A stretch of 64,000 nucleotides of DNA from an uncultured Bacteroidales bacterium (GTDB lineage Bacteria; Bacteroidota; Bacteroidia; Bacteroidales; Muribaculaceae). Both the position numbers and the translations under genes were made by a program. Location: NCBI GenBank assembly GCA_900547755.1, contig URIC01000003.1, positions 777 through 64,776 on the forward strand. The letters run 5' to 3'. Under the pieces are notes generated by a model. It was given only the letters and a program-made list of their open reading frames with translations. It had not been told where the DNA came from and did no database searches. The stretch's first letter is position 1; each line of letters begins with the position of its first letter. Of the stretch, positions 41,662 to 50,917 are shown piece by piece.

Positions 41662-43953
41662 TTAGAGTTGGAGGAGGGAGGAGCCGTTGTCTTGGTTGTT
41701 GAGATTGCGGCGGGCGGTTCGGAAGATGGAGCCGAAGTCGGCTGAGTAGCTTACCGAGAGGACTATCATGTTGCCGTTGTTCTTGATGAAGCGCTCGTTG
41801 TCGGAGGGATTGACGGGGGAGTAGCTCCAGGAGGGGTAGCGGGTGCCTTTCTTGTCGAACATATACATCCAGCTGGCTCCTATGAGCCAATGTTTGTTTA
41901 CCTGCCATTCGAACTGCAGTGCATCGCCATTCTCTTCTTTCCCCACATGATATCCGTATAGGTATTTGCCGGGCAGTTTGCGCCAGTATGCAATGGTGAA
42001 GGGGCCTTTGTTCCACCAGACAGTCAGGCTTCCGTCAAAAGATGTGAGTTTATGGTTCCAGTTTTCTACGGCGGTCTGATAATGTGTCAGACACAGATAC
42101 AGGTTGGCGCCGAATCCGTGAATATCGCTGATACGCAAGGACAGATTGTTCTGAAATATGCGTCTGTGCTTTGCATTTACGGATTGTGACAGGAATAATT
42201 CGTCGCCCATGTATAGGACATCGTCTATTACGCTGTTCTTGACATAGACATATCTTGATTGAAATGATGCCTGAAATTTCCTGTATGAATAGTTCGCTCC
42301 TATGTTGTACATGAAGTTTTCAGCGACTTTAAGGTCGGGGTTGCCGTTTGAGACAAGATAGGGAGTGGTTTGCTGCGGATAGTCTGTAAGGGAGCTGAGT
42401 GAAGGGATGTTGGGACTGTATCTGAAAGACCCCTGTATGTTCCAGCTGTCGTTTATATTCCATGAAATCTGGGCGCTCGAAATATTCCGTATGAAATTGC
42501 GTTTGTTCAGGTCATTTTTCATCCAGAACATTTTGGCGCCTGAGGAGAGAGAGACGTAGAATCTGCCGACTTGCTGCCCCAGACGGACGTAGGCATAGTT
42601 GTTGTTCTCGGTGAGTACAGGCTTGTAGTCTGAGGACAGATAGGTATTGGTGCTGTGTGATACGGTGTTCTGAATTCCGGCGGTGAGAGATGTCTTCTGA
42701 CTGAAGTAATGTATATAGTTTATTTCCGAAATCAGCGAATGGCGACGGCTGTCAACGTCCATGGTGTATTCTTCCCGGCTGCCGTCGGCGAAGAGATAAT
42801 TGTTGTCGCGTCTGTAGTCGTTGGCGCTCAGTGTGCCCACTACCTGCGCTTCGAGAGAGTTATTCTCGTTGAAATCCTGGCGCAGAAACAGGTCGAGCGA
42901 TGGGGTGAAACTCTTGCTCGAGGAGCGGTTGTAGTTGTCGTATTCTCCGAGTTCGGAGTCTATGGTATGGGCGATGGCCCTGTTTTTGCTTATGTTGGGC
43001 GTTGCGCTGAATGTGGCTGAAAACAATGTCCTGGCACTTGGACTGAAATCATATTTCAGTCTCATGGTATGGGTGTGGTAGCTGAAAGGGTTCCGGTCAT
43101 GTTCCTCAAGGTCAACCCGGAAATCATTTCCGATGAAACTCTGTGTGGCATTGTCGTACACTTTCTGATAGTTTCGCCAAGAGGGCTGATACATCAGAGA
43201 GAATTGCGACGGGCCCTGATGGTAGGATGCCTTGATATTCGCATCGACGAAGGCTGTGTTGACCGCGCTTCTGCCCCAGGCGTAAATCTGGCCGCCGTCA
43301 TTTCTCTTTTTCAGAGTTATGTCGATAAAGCCCGTACGGCCTGAATCGGCATAACGGGCCGGAGTAAACCTTGAATACTCTATCCTTTGTATATCCTTTG
43401 GCTGCAGAGCGTTGACATCGTCAATAGAAGATGGAACGCCGTTAATGAGGATGACCGGGTTTCCGCCATCCACCGTTATAGCCCTTGTTATCGGGTTTGC
43501 CATCACTCCGGGCAAGGGAAGTTTCTGGAACAGACTTATGGAGGTGGCGGATGCTTTGACATCGGCCGAGGAAGGATAGACGATGGTGCGTCCATTTTTG
43601 TTGACTACGGTATTGCCGCTGACTTGCACTTCGTCCAGCATTACGCCTTCATCCAGATAAACCACGCCTATGTTCATGTTTTTGGAGCCGGGCTCGATTA
43701 TTATGTTCGTAGGTGAAAACCCTGTCATGGAAACCTCCAGGTCCAAAGAGGAATCAATTTCTGTTTCCAGTGAGAAAGCGCCATTTGCGCCGGCGGAAGC
43801 GCCGGTTACGAGTTTGCCGTCAGATAGGAGGCGGCAGTTCGCTCCGACGACTGCCGTAGAGTCGTTGGCGGAAAGGACTACGCCTTGTATTGTCTTCGCA
43901 TTCAGTGTCGACAAAGTACAAATCAGAGATAGTAGAGCAATAATACGATTCAT
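41662..43953 (-). CDS. Outer-membrane beta-barrel protein (TonB-dependent receptor-like, N-terminal carboxypeptidase regulatory-like domain)
   Basis: Signal peptide, LDEVQV, LFQKLPLPG plug-like region, GNPDLK, amphipathic beta strands. Confidence 0.8.
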   Translation of the reverse strand: MNRIIALLSLICTLSTLNAKTIQGVVLSANDSTAVVGANCRLLSDGKLVTGASAGANGAFSLETEIDSSLDLEVSMTGFSPTNIIIEPGSKNMNIGVVYLDEGVMLDEVQVSGNTVVNKNGRTIVYPSSADVKASATSISLFQKLPLPGVMANPITRAITVDGGNPVILINGVPSSIDDVNALQPKDIQRIEYSRFTPARYADSGRTGFIDITLKKRNDGGQIYAWGRSAVNTAFVDANIKASYHQGPSQFSLMYQPSWRNYQKVYDNATQSFIGNDFRVDLEEHDRNPFSYHTHTMRLKYDFSPSARTLFSATFSATPNISKNRAIAHTIDSELGEYDNYNRSSSKSFTPSLDLFLRQDFNENNSLEAQVVGTLSANDYRRDNNYLFADGSREEYTMDVDSRRHSLISEINYIHYFSQKTSLTAGIQNTVSHSTNTYLSSDYKPVLTENNNYAYVRLGQQVGRFYVSLSSGAKMFWMKNDLNKRNFIRNISSAQISWNINDSWNIQGSFRYSPNIPSLSSLTDYPQQTTPYLVSNGNPDLKVAENFMYNIGANYSYRKFQASFQSRYVYVKNSVIDDVLYMGDELFLSQSVNAKHRRIFQNNLSLRISDIHGFGANLYLCLTHYQTAVENWNHKLTSFDGSLTVWWNKGPFTIAYWRKLPGKYLYGYHVGKEENGDALQFEWQVNKHWLIGASWMYMFDKKGTRYPSWSYSPVNPSDNERFIKNNGNMIVLSVSYSADFGSIFRTARRNLNNQDNGSSLLQL

Positions 43954-44073
43954 ATTTTTTTATAGTTTTAGTATCGGGTCCTATCTATAAGACGACAAAA
44001 TATGTTGTTTGTGACGAGACGATGAATATTTTGCGGTAATCTTTTTGACAGGTGGCGTAAAATTCATGAAATT

Positions 44074-44610
44074 TCAGTCGGATTCGTTTGTCTCCGGGGT
44101 GAGGGTAATGTAGCGCTCGTCGGGGGCGGGAGGCTCAAAATTCTGCAGGAAGCGTACAAGGTCTTCTTCGGGAATACGTTGGTCATCGGGGCCTGCTCCT
44201 TCGCGCATGGCCAGACGCCTGCGCAGCAGGGGCGCCGGCACGTCAAGATATAGTATCAGGCAGTTTACACCGGCTTCGCGACACAGTCGCGCCACGGCAT
44301 CGCGTCGCCCCCGTTTGCAGAAGGAGGAGTCCATCACCACCCGCTTGCCTTCAGCTATCTTTTCCGGCAGAGAGTCAGTCAGAGACTTCATGGCCGTCAT
44401 GTATATTCTGCTGCGTGAATCCGCCGGCAGCGAGGAGTAGGACTCCCCGTACTTATCCCATACCAGTCTGTCGGCGGAGAGGCGTTCAAAGCCCGCCGTT
44501 TCCAACTTCCGGGCCATATAAGTCTTGCCGGCGCCGCTCACCCCGCACATCATGACTACATGCACGTCGGCGAGCGCCGCCGGTAATTCAAAAGCCGATA
44601 TATCGTTCAT
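44074..44610 (-). CDS. P-loop kinase (AAA_33 family)
   Basis: MCGVSGAGKT Walker A, VVMDSSF, FEPP. Confidence 0.8.
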   Translation of the reverse strand: MNDISAFELPAALADVHVVMMCGVSGAGKTYMARKLETAGFERLSADRLVWDKYGESYSSLPADSRSRIYMTAMKSLTDSLPEKIAEGKRVVMDSSFCKRGRRDAVARLCREAGVNCLILYLDVPAPLLRRRLAMREGAGPDDQRIPEEDLVRFLQNFEPPAPDERYITLTPETNESD

Positions 44611-45731
44611 CAGACGGTGATAAGATTATATTCCCGTGTACCCAAACCTAATTTTACGGCGTGGATAAGTCCGGATTCCCAGTCTGTGTCGGGGTGCAGG
44701 AGTTTGAATTTGTCCTGGCCGCACAGGTCCTCGTGACGGTGAGCGTCCTCCAGTTCGTTGTCCGTAGGCAGTACGGGCGCTTTTGTGACGAGGTCCACGC
44801 ATGCCTGGTCCAGGGCCACGGGGTCGGCGGAAGCGAGTATTCCGATGTCGGCCACCACAGCCGCGTCGTTGTGTCCCCAGCAGTCGCACTCCGGCGACAC
44901 GTTCATAATGAAGGAGATATGGAAATGGGGTTTGTCCTTGAGTATCGCCTCGGTGTACTCGGCAATCTTGTAGTTCAGGTTTTTCGAGGTGTCCCAGCCT
45001 GCAATCACGGCGCCGCCGTGCTGGCATACGGCCACGCACTGGCCGCAGCCCACGCACTTGTCGTAGTCTATCACGGCCTTGTGGTCCTTGTCCATGGAGA
45101 GGGCCTCGTGAGCGCAGTGGCGTACGCAGACACCGCAGCCCACACAGTGTTCGCGGTCTATCACCGGTTTGGAATTGCCGTGCATCTCCAGTTTTCCGCG
45201 CACGGAACCGCCACCCATGCCGATGTTCTTCAGGGTGCCCCCGAATCCGGCCTGTTCATGGCCTTTGAAGTGCGTGAAAGAGATGATGACATCGGCGTCA
45301 GCCAGGGCGGCGCCTATCTTGGGAGCCTTGCAGAACTCGGCGTTGTCCAAGGGTATCTCACGGTCGTCGTTTCCTTTCAGACCGTCGGCTATTATTACCG
45401 GTGCATGCACGGCGATTGGGTTGAAGCCGTTCTCCATGGCGCTCTCTATGTGGTCGAAGGCATTGGAGCGGCGTCCGGAATAGAGTGTGTTGCAGTCCGT
45501 GAGGAAGGGGCGCGCACCCTGTTTGCGGAGCATCTCGCAGAGGCGGTTGGCGAAGTTGGGGCGTATGTAAGCCAGGTTGCCGGGTTCGCCGAAATGGAGT
45601 TTGATGGCCACAAACTGCTCTTTAAGAGGGAGTTCAAGCAGTCCGGCGCGTATGCAAAGACGCTCCAGTTTGTCCAGCAGGTTGCAGTTTGCATTGGCCC
45701 TGAGGTTAGTGAAAAATACTTCCGAAGCCAT
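44610..45731 (-). CDS. DUF362 domain iron-sulfur protein
   Basis: KLHFGEPGN, HFKGHEQAGFGG, two CxxCxxCxxxC ferredoxin motifs, ECDC; start corrected to MASEVFF. Confidence 0.9.
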   Translation of the reverse strand: MASEVFFTNLRANANCNLLDKLERLCIRAGLLELPLKEQFVAIKLHFGEPGNLAYIRPNFANRLCEMLRKQGARPFLTDCNTLYSGRRSNAFDHIESAMENGFNPIAVHAPVIIADGLKGNDDREIPLDNAEFCKAPKIGAALADADVIISFTHFKGHEQAGFGGTLKNIGMGGGSVRGKLEMHGNSKPVIDREHCVGCGVCVRHCAHEALSMDKDHKAVIDYDKCVGCGQCVAVCQHGGAVIAGWDTSKNLNYKIAEYTEAILKDKPHFHISFIMNVSPECDCWGHNDAAVVADIGILASADPVALDQACVDLVTKAPVLPTDNELEDAHRHEDLCGQDKFKLLHPDTDWESGLIHAVKLGLGTREYNLITV

Positions 45732-45835
45732 AGTTATGAATTTATTTGTGTTAAACGGTTTCTTTGAAATGCAAATATAGGAAAATATTTCAACGCTGGC
45801 AAATCTGCAGACGCGGCCTCTTGAATGAAAAAGGC

Positions 45836-45884
45836 TCCGGGCGGGGCCGTGGCAGAATATGACTGCCGTCGGACCTCGCCCGGA
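45836..45884 (-). terminator. Stem-loop downstream of the membrane protein gene
   Basis: TCCGGGCG...GGCAG / CTGCC...CGCCCGGA imperfect hairpin, followed by a T-run on the minus strand. Confidence 0.55.
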
Positions 45885-45918
45885 ATATGTGTTGCGGTGA
45901 TTATTTTTAAACAGCTTC

Positions 45919-46422
45919 TTACTTGTCTTGTGAGTTGACGTCCGCTTTGACGCCGGCGTTGATGTCGATGTACTGTGCGGGTTTGCTGAGCCAGCTGATG
46001 AACTTGCGTATGGGGGCAATGATGAAGAGCTGTACCAGGTCACGGAATATGGCGATGTAAATCGGCATATAATAGAAAGCGATGAGTGTGCCGAAGAAAG
46101 CGCCGAAAGCTGTAACGACACCACTTTTGAATCCGACTATCAGAGCGGCGAAAGCCACAATCACGCCGATAAAGTATCCGAGAACGATAGTGGCGTCGAA
46201 CATGAACTCCAGGAAGAAGCGTTTCAGATAGGAGAGTACGGGCCAGAGTGAGTCTATATGAGACAGGTCAAGCTGATTTTCCCTTTTTGCTTGCGCCACT
46301 TTGTTGACTGATTTAATCCATGTTTTCCAGGGCCATACAAAAAGGAAACTGAGGATGGCGAGAATGGATGTCAGAACGGCGGTACCGATATTCTGAGTGT
46401 CGTTGTTGGTCTGTTCATTCAT
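45919..46422 (-). CDS. Hypothetical membrane protein
   Basis: Three hydrophobic segments; A-rich initiation region. Confidence 0.75.
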   Translation of the reverse strand: MNEQTNNDTQNIGTAVLTSILAILSFLFVWPWKTWIKSVNKVAQAKRENQLDLSHIDSLWPVLSYLKRFFLEFMFDATIVLGYFIGVIVAFAALIVGFKSGVVTAFGAFFGTLIAFYYMPIYIAIFRDLVQLFIIAPIRKFISWLSKPAQYIDINAGVKADVNSQDK

Positions 46423-46440
46423 AATTCAGGATGTGTTTTA

Positions 46441-46478
46441 ATGTTTGTAAAGTGAATATATGTTTGTAAAGTGAATAT
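46441..46478. repeat. Perfect 19-bp tandem duplication
   Basis: ATGTTTGTAAAGTGAATAT occurs twice. Confidence 0.9.
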
Positions 46479-46487
46479 AAGGGTCTT

Positions 46488-47057
46488 TTAATTTACGAAA
46501 CCCGAGAGATTTGCAGTGAAGGTCTTGTTTTTGTAGTTGGTGAATGTACCGTTAAGGGATGCGGAGCCGTCTTCCTTGATTACAAGAATACCGGAGATTT
46601 CGCCGGTCACCATATCGCCGTTGGACTCTGTGATATATACCGTGTGGGTATCGGGGTCGTAGGTGCCATTGAGGGGAAGAGGGGAGTCGCCCCATACGTC
46701 GCTGCCGGTAATGGAGGTTCCGTTGATTGTGATGTCAAACGATTTGATGCTGTATTTGCCTATGTTGCCTGACAAGGAGACAGAGCAATTAAGGTTTTCG
46801 GAGACAGATGTTTCCACTTCGGGTTCGGGCGTTGCTTCTGTCACCGGTTCGCTTTCTTCGTTTTCTTCAGTCTCGGCCGGCTTCTCGAAGTCGGAGAACG
46901 ATTCGGTCGGTTCTTCGGTTTGTTCTTCGTCGCTGCCGCTTCTGCGCGAGGAAAAATCAATCCCGGTAAATACGAGGATGAGTGTCCCGATTAGGATGCC
47001 TGTCACGGCAGCTCCTCCAAACCACATCAGTAATGGTTTTGCGTTGGATTGTGTCAT
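46488..47057 (-). CDS. Hypothetical membrane-anchored protein
   Basis: N-terminal TM helix, acidic E/T/P linker, C-terminal beta-rich domain (LSGNIGKYSI). Confidence 0.75.
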   Translation of the reverse strand: MTQSNAKPLLMWFGGAAVTGILIGTLILVFTGIDFSSRRSGSDEEQTEEPTESFSDFEKPAETEENEESEPVTEATPEPEVETSVSENLNCSVSLSGNIGKYSIKSFDITINGTSITGSDVWGDSPLPLNGTYDPDTHTVYITESNGDMVTGEISGILVIKEDGSASLNGTFTNYKNKTFTANLSGFVN

Positions 47058-47316
47058 AGTTTTTTTAGTTTTTGTAAATCCGGTTCAGTTGTAATCAGTC
47101 AGTAGACCGGGTGATTTAAGGGAATGAAGTCTACATTGCAAAGAGTCGTCTGTGCAAACGCTGCGTTTGCATACGGCAAAGTTATGGTTTTTTCACACAA
47201 TAAACAAATTTTAATACAATTATTTTTTTGTCAAAATGACAAAAAGGCCGAGCTGAAGAATTTGGCTCGGCCTCGTTTAGGCGTTTAGGAATGATGGAAG
47301 ATGACTCAGAACGGAT

Positions 47317-48579
47317 TTATATGCCGGCGGTGGGGGAAGAGGCGGCAGCAGGCATATAATCGGTGACGAGCATAGCGTCAAGGTCGCGGCTCAGGGCTTC
47401 GCGGTCAATGTCCTGACCTATGAATACAAGTTTTATCATGCGGTCTCCGAATACAGGGTCCCAATCGCGGGCAAAATCCGGGTCCATCTCCATGAGACGC
47501 TCGCGGTCCTCTTCCGGCGCTGTGGCGTACCATTGCCCGGCCTCGGATACATGTTTCTGCACGCCGGCCTGCTCGAACAGCAGTGACATATCTGTGTTAT
47601 GGCTGAAATACAGTACACCTTTGGTGCGGATTATGTTTTTGGGCCAGCGGGAGGCGCAGTAATAGTCGAACTTGTTGAAGTCGAAAGGTTGCCGCCGGTA
47701 ATATACGAAAGTTCCTATCCCATACTCTTCCGCTTCGCCTTGCCCGTGGTGGTGATGGTGGTGGCAATGTTCATGTTCGTGTTCATGGCAGTGGTGGTGT
47801 CCGTGTCCGTGATGCGCCTCTTCTTCCTGCTCTTCGGTCACCGGACGTTCCAGTTCCTGTACCCAGGTGGCCGCCGTCACGGTCTTTTCGAAATCAAACA
47901 GTCCGGTATCCAGAAGGTTTTCCAGAGGAACATCGCAATAGTCGCACCCGATAATCCGGGCCTTCGGCTGCAGGGCACGTACCACGGCGCGTATTTTGTC
48001 GGCCTGTTCGGGAGAGACCTCGGAAATTTTGTTGAGCAGCACGAGGTTGCAGAACTCTATCTGTCGGACCACAAGGTCCTCTATCTGTTCATCGTCTATG
48101 TCGGAGGCGGCAAGAGCCTTTCCCCCCTCGAAATCGGTAAGCATCCGCAAGGCGTCTACGACAGTGACTATACAGTCCAGGCGCGGCCCCGTCACCTTGT
48201 TCTCCATCGCCTGTAGGCTCATGGCGCAGATGGTCCGGGCTATAGGCTCCGGTTCGCAGATGCCGCTTGCCTCTATTACGATGTAATCGAACTCTCCGGC
48301 ATCTATGAGTCCCTGTATCTGGGCTATCAGGTCCGCGCGGAGGGTACAGCAGATGCAGCCGTTCTGGAGGGATACAAGGTCGTCGGCGCCATTCTGACCG
48401 ACTATTCCTCCTTTACGTATCAGCGAAGCGTCGATGTTCACCTCGCCTATATCATTGACAATAACGGCAAACCGTATTCCCTTGCGGTTGGACAGGATTC
48501 GGTTGAGCAATGTGGTTTTCCCGCTGCCCAGGTAGCCGGTGAGCAGAAGTACGGGCAGTGAAACTGACATGGTATTCAT
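47317..48579 (-). CDS. CobW/ZigA (COG0523) metallochaperone GTPase
   Basis: GYLGSGKTT, GCICC, EASG, His-rich linker, RTKG. Confidence 0.93.
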   Translation of the reverse strand: MNTMSVSLPVLLLTGYLGSGKTTLLNRILSNRKGIRFAVIVNDIGEVNIDASLIRKGGIVGQNGADDLVSLQNGCICCTLRADLIAQIQGLIDAGEFDYIVIEASGICEPEPIARTICAMSLQAMENKVTGPRLDCIVTVVDALRMLTDFEGGKALAASDIDDEQIEDLVVRQIEFCNLVLLNKISEVSPEQADKIRAVVRALQPKARIIGCDYCDVPLENLLDTGLFDFEKTVTAATWVQELERPVTEEQEEEAHHGHGHHHCHEHEHEHCHHHHHHGQGEAEEYGIGTFVYYRRQPFDFNKFDYYCASRWPKNIIRTKGVLYFSHNTDMSLLFEQAGVQKHVSEAGQWYATAPEEDRERLMEMDPDFARDWDPVFGDRMIKLVFIGQDIDREALSRDLDAMLVTDYMPAAASSPTAGI

Positions 48580-48657
48580 AGTTCTGAATTTTTCAAATTA
48601 AAACAAGGACACAGCCTTTTTCGGTCTGCAAATATAGCGAAATTTTTGAAACAGTCT

Positions 48658-49860
48658 CTAAATAGAAGAGAGAATAAGGGCGTTGGCGCGGTCGATCGTA
48701 GAGGTGTCGAGGCTGGCCAGATAAATCCGGGTGGTGTTTTCGGAGCCATGTCCCATTCCTTCGCTGATTACACTTACGGGTATTCCTTTGGTCTTGGCTG
48801 CGGAAGCCCAGCTGTGGCGCGCCACATAGAAGGTCAGGTGTCCTTTCAGCCCCACTTTGGAGGCTATCTTTTTCAGGCTGTAGTTTATGTTGTAGCTCTT
48901 GTTGCGGTAAGCGTTCCGGGGATTGGCATCGGAGTCGCGGAGTATGGGCAGCAGGTAGTGGCTCTCATGTGCCGGGTATTTGTTGAGGATGCTCTGCATT
49001 TCTTTGGTCCATTTTATATGGAGTTTCTGTCCGGTTTTACGCCGACGGTAGGTGAGTATGCCTTTGTTCAGGTCGCTCTTTTTCAGAAACGCCATGTCTA
49101 CCAGGCTCATGCCCCGTAAGAAGAATGAGAGCAAGAACATATCCCGGGCGAAGTCCAGGTTGCTCTCCTGCGAGAGGTCGAGAGCCTTGATTTTTCTGAT
49201 TGCCGACAGCGGCAGGGCACGCTTCATAGTCTTCTCTATGCCGGTGTACACCTTGCGGAACGGATTCCGGTTCTCTATGATGCCTTTGTCTACGGCACGG
49301 TTGTAGACGGCTCGCAGAATACGGGTATAGAACGAAATCGAGTTGGGAGTCAGTCCCCGGGCTTGCAGCCACGCCTCGTAGGACATCATCATTTCGGAAG
49401 AGAGGCAGTCCAACAGCACGTCTTCCCCCTTGTGGAATTTCTTGAAGCTGTTCAGAGCGGCCAGGTATGTCTCGGCTGTACGGAGCTTGTCGTTCTGCCG
49501 GAGTTCGGCAATAACCTCCTCCATGAAGTTGAAGAGGGAGAACCTGGCTGTGAAGAGTTGAAATTCGCATACTATATCGTCCACTGAATAAGAAAGCCTT
49601 TCTGCGTCCAGCCTGCGCCCTATTTTACTGAATCGTTCTAAGTCCCGCTGTATGTTTTCCCACATGGAGTGAATCAGCTCACGGCGCTGGCTGTCGGGGG
49701 TGGTGTACAACATTGAACGGGTAGTGTCCCATTCTGAAGAGAATATTCGGTAGGGTGTGTTGAGGTGCCGCACCTTTCGTTCATGGATAATCTGGTAATA
49801 AACAGTGCCCTCATAGTCGGACAGTGCGGAAGGACGGAATTTAACTTGTATAGAGGTCAT
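48658..49860 (-). CDS. Tyrosine recombinase / site-specific integrase (copy A)
   Basis: LRGMS, RRKT, YVARHSWAS, MGH, TRIY; start taken as MTSIQVKF by alignment with 54748-55953. Confidence 0.93.
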   Translation of the reverse strand: MTSIQVKFRPSALSDYEGTVYYQIIHERKVRHLNTPYRIFSSEWDTTRSMLYTTPDSQRRELIHSMWENIQRDLERFSKIGRRLDAERLSYSVDDIVCEFQLFTARFSLFNFMEEVIAELRQNDKLRTAETYLAALNSFKKFHKGEDVLLDCLSSEMMMSYEAWLQARGLTPNSISFYTRILRAVYNRAVDKGIIENRNPFRKVYTGIEKTMKRALPLSAIRKIKALDLSQESNLDFARDMFLLSFFLRGMSLVDMAFLKKSDLNKGILTYRRRKTGQKLHIKWTKEMQSILNKYPAHESHYLLPILRDSDANPRNAYRNKSYNINYSLKKIASKVGLKGHLTFYVARHSWASAAKTKGIPVSVISEGMGHGSENTTRIYLASLDTSTIDRANALILSSI

Positions 49861-50322
49861 GGTATAACTTTTTAGGTTTTTCCTTAAAAGACTGCCCAAA
49901 ATTAAATAATTTTTCAATAAATGCAGTGTATGCGGAGATTTTTTTTGAGTTTAAGGTATTTGGAAGATGCTTTAAAGCGTAAAACAGGGTATCCCCGAGG
50001 GACTGTGGATATCGCTTTAATTTCCTTTTTTACCGTCATTCGAAGTGTTCTTCCGCCAATCGGTAAAAATGGTATTTGTTTCCGTATTTATGGTAACTGT
50101 TGAATCGTAAATAATATGCAATTTTGCATCGGCAAAAGAAATCTCATATAATCAATTGCACTCAATCGTTTGTAATTGCACTCCGATGTTTGACAGGAGT
50201 ACCGAGTATTCAAAAAGGAAAAAATAGGCATTTAAAGAGTAACGAGTAATTCAAGAATGGATGGGTGAAGTCATGTAGTTGAAAAGAAGTTTATTATTGA
50301 TTATCAGACATCAGAATTGGAA

Positions 50323-50351
50323 ACGGGGTTGTGCGGTCCGCACAACCCCGT
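50323..50351. terminator. Perfect palindrome downstream of the cupin gene
   Basis: ACGGGGTTGTGCGG-T-CCGCACAACCCCGT. Confidence 0.6.
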
Positions 50352-50389
50352 AATATGCTGAATATAGCCCGTAAGTCAGGTGTGGTCGC

Positions 50390-50800
50390 TCAGAGCCTGG
50401 AGGAGCGGTCGGTGATTTCGGCGTCGTTGGCCGTATAGGCGCCGAGGCTGCCTTCTTTGGCTTGTATGCAGATGTAGGTCATCGGTTCGGCGGAGGTGCA
50501 TTTCAGATTGCGGTCGCAGCCGGTGGAAACTCGTATTACAGAGCCCCCGGAGATGTCGAACACTTCGTCGTCCACCTGGAATTTTCCTGCTCCGCTCAGT
50601 ATAATATAGTTTTCTTCGTTGGCTTTGTGGCTGTGGAAGAAAGGAACGGCCTGGCCTGTGGGCATGGTGCCGAAGGAAATTTCGCAGGATGTGGCGCCGG
50701 TAGCCTCTTTTACAAACTGTTTGCCTTCGAATTTACAGATGTCGCCTACTGTGGCATGTGCGAATTTTTCGCCGCTGTTAAGGATTTTTACTTCGTTCAT
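50390..50800 (-). CDS. Cupin domain protein
   Basis: PFFHSHKANEENYIILSGAG cupin motif. Confidence 0.88.
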   Translation of the reverse strand: MNEVKILNSGEKFAHATVGDICKFEGKQFVKEATGATSCEISFGTMPTGQAVPFFHSHKANEENYIILSGAGKFQVDDEVFDISGGSVIRVSTGCDRNLKCTSAEPMTYICIQAKEGSLGAYTANDAEITDRSSRL

Positions 50801-50823
50801 TTTAGTTTATGGATTTAAATGAT

Positions 50824-50906
50824 TAACTTTGTAAGTGCAAAGTTAAAACGGAATATCCGGAATAACAAGACGTTACGGAAATGTAATATAGTTACTTCAA
50901 GGTAAC
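50824..50906. promoter_or_regulatory. Overlapping divergent promoters and two putative HxlR operators
   Basis: TAACTTTG (+, 50824) and CAAAGTTA (-, 50838); GTTAC-N6-GTAAT (50872-50887) and GTTAC-N6-GTAAC (50891-50906). Confidence 0.65.
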
Positions 50907-50917
50907 GATTTTTGAAA

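Noticed and set aside
45732..46124. N-terminal extension of the 504-aa ORF 44610-46124
   Set aside because: It overlaps another gene and a promoter/terminator; DUF362 homology starts at MASEVFF (45731).
48585..48655. Invertible promoter downstream of integrase A
   Set aside because: Only a 7-bp AT-rich inverted match (TTTCAAA/TTTGAAA), too weak to call.
37616..49860. Integron-like cassette array (co-oriented genes with hairpins behind an integrase)
   Set aside because: The hairpins share no sequence or attC R/L boxes, most genes have their own TAnnTTTG promoters, and the integrases show no IntI features.
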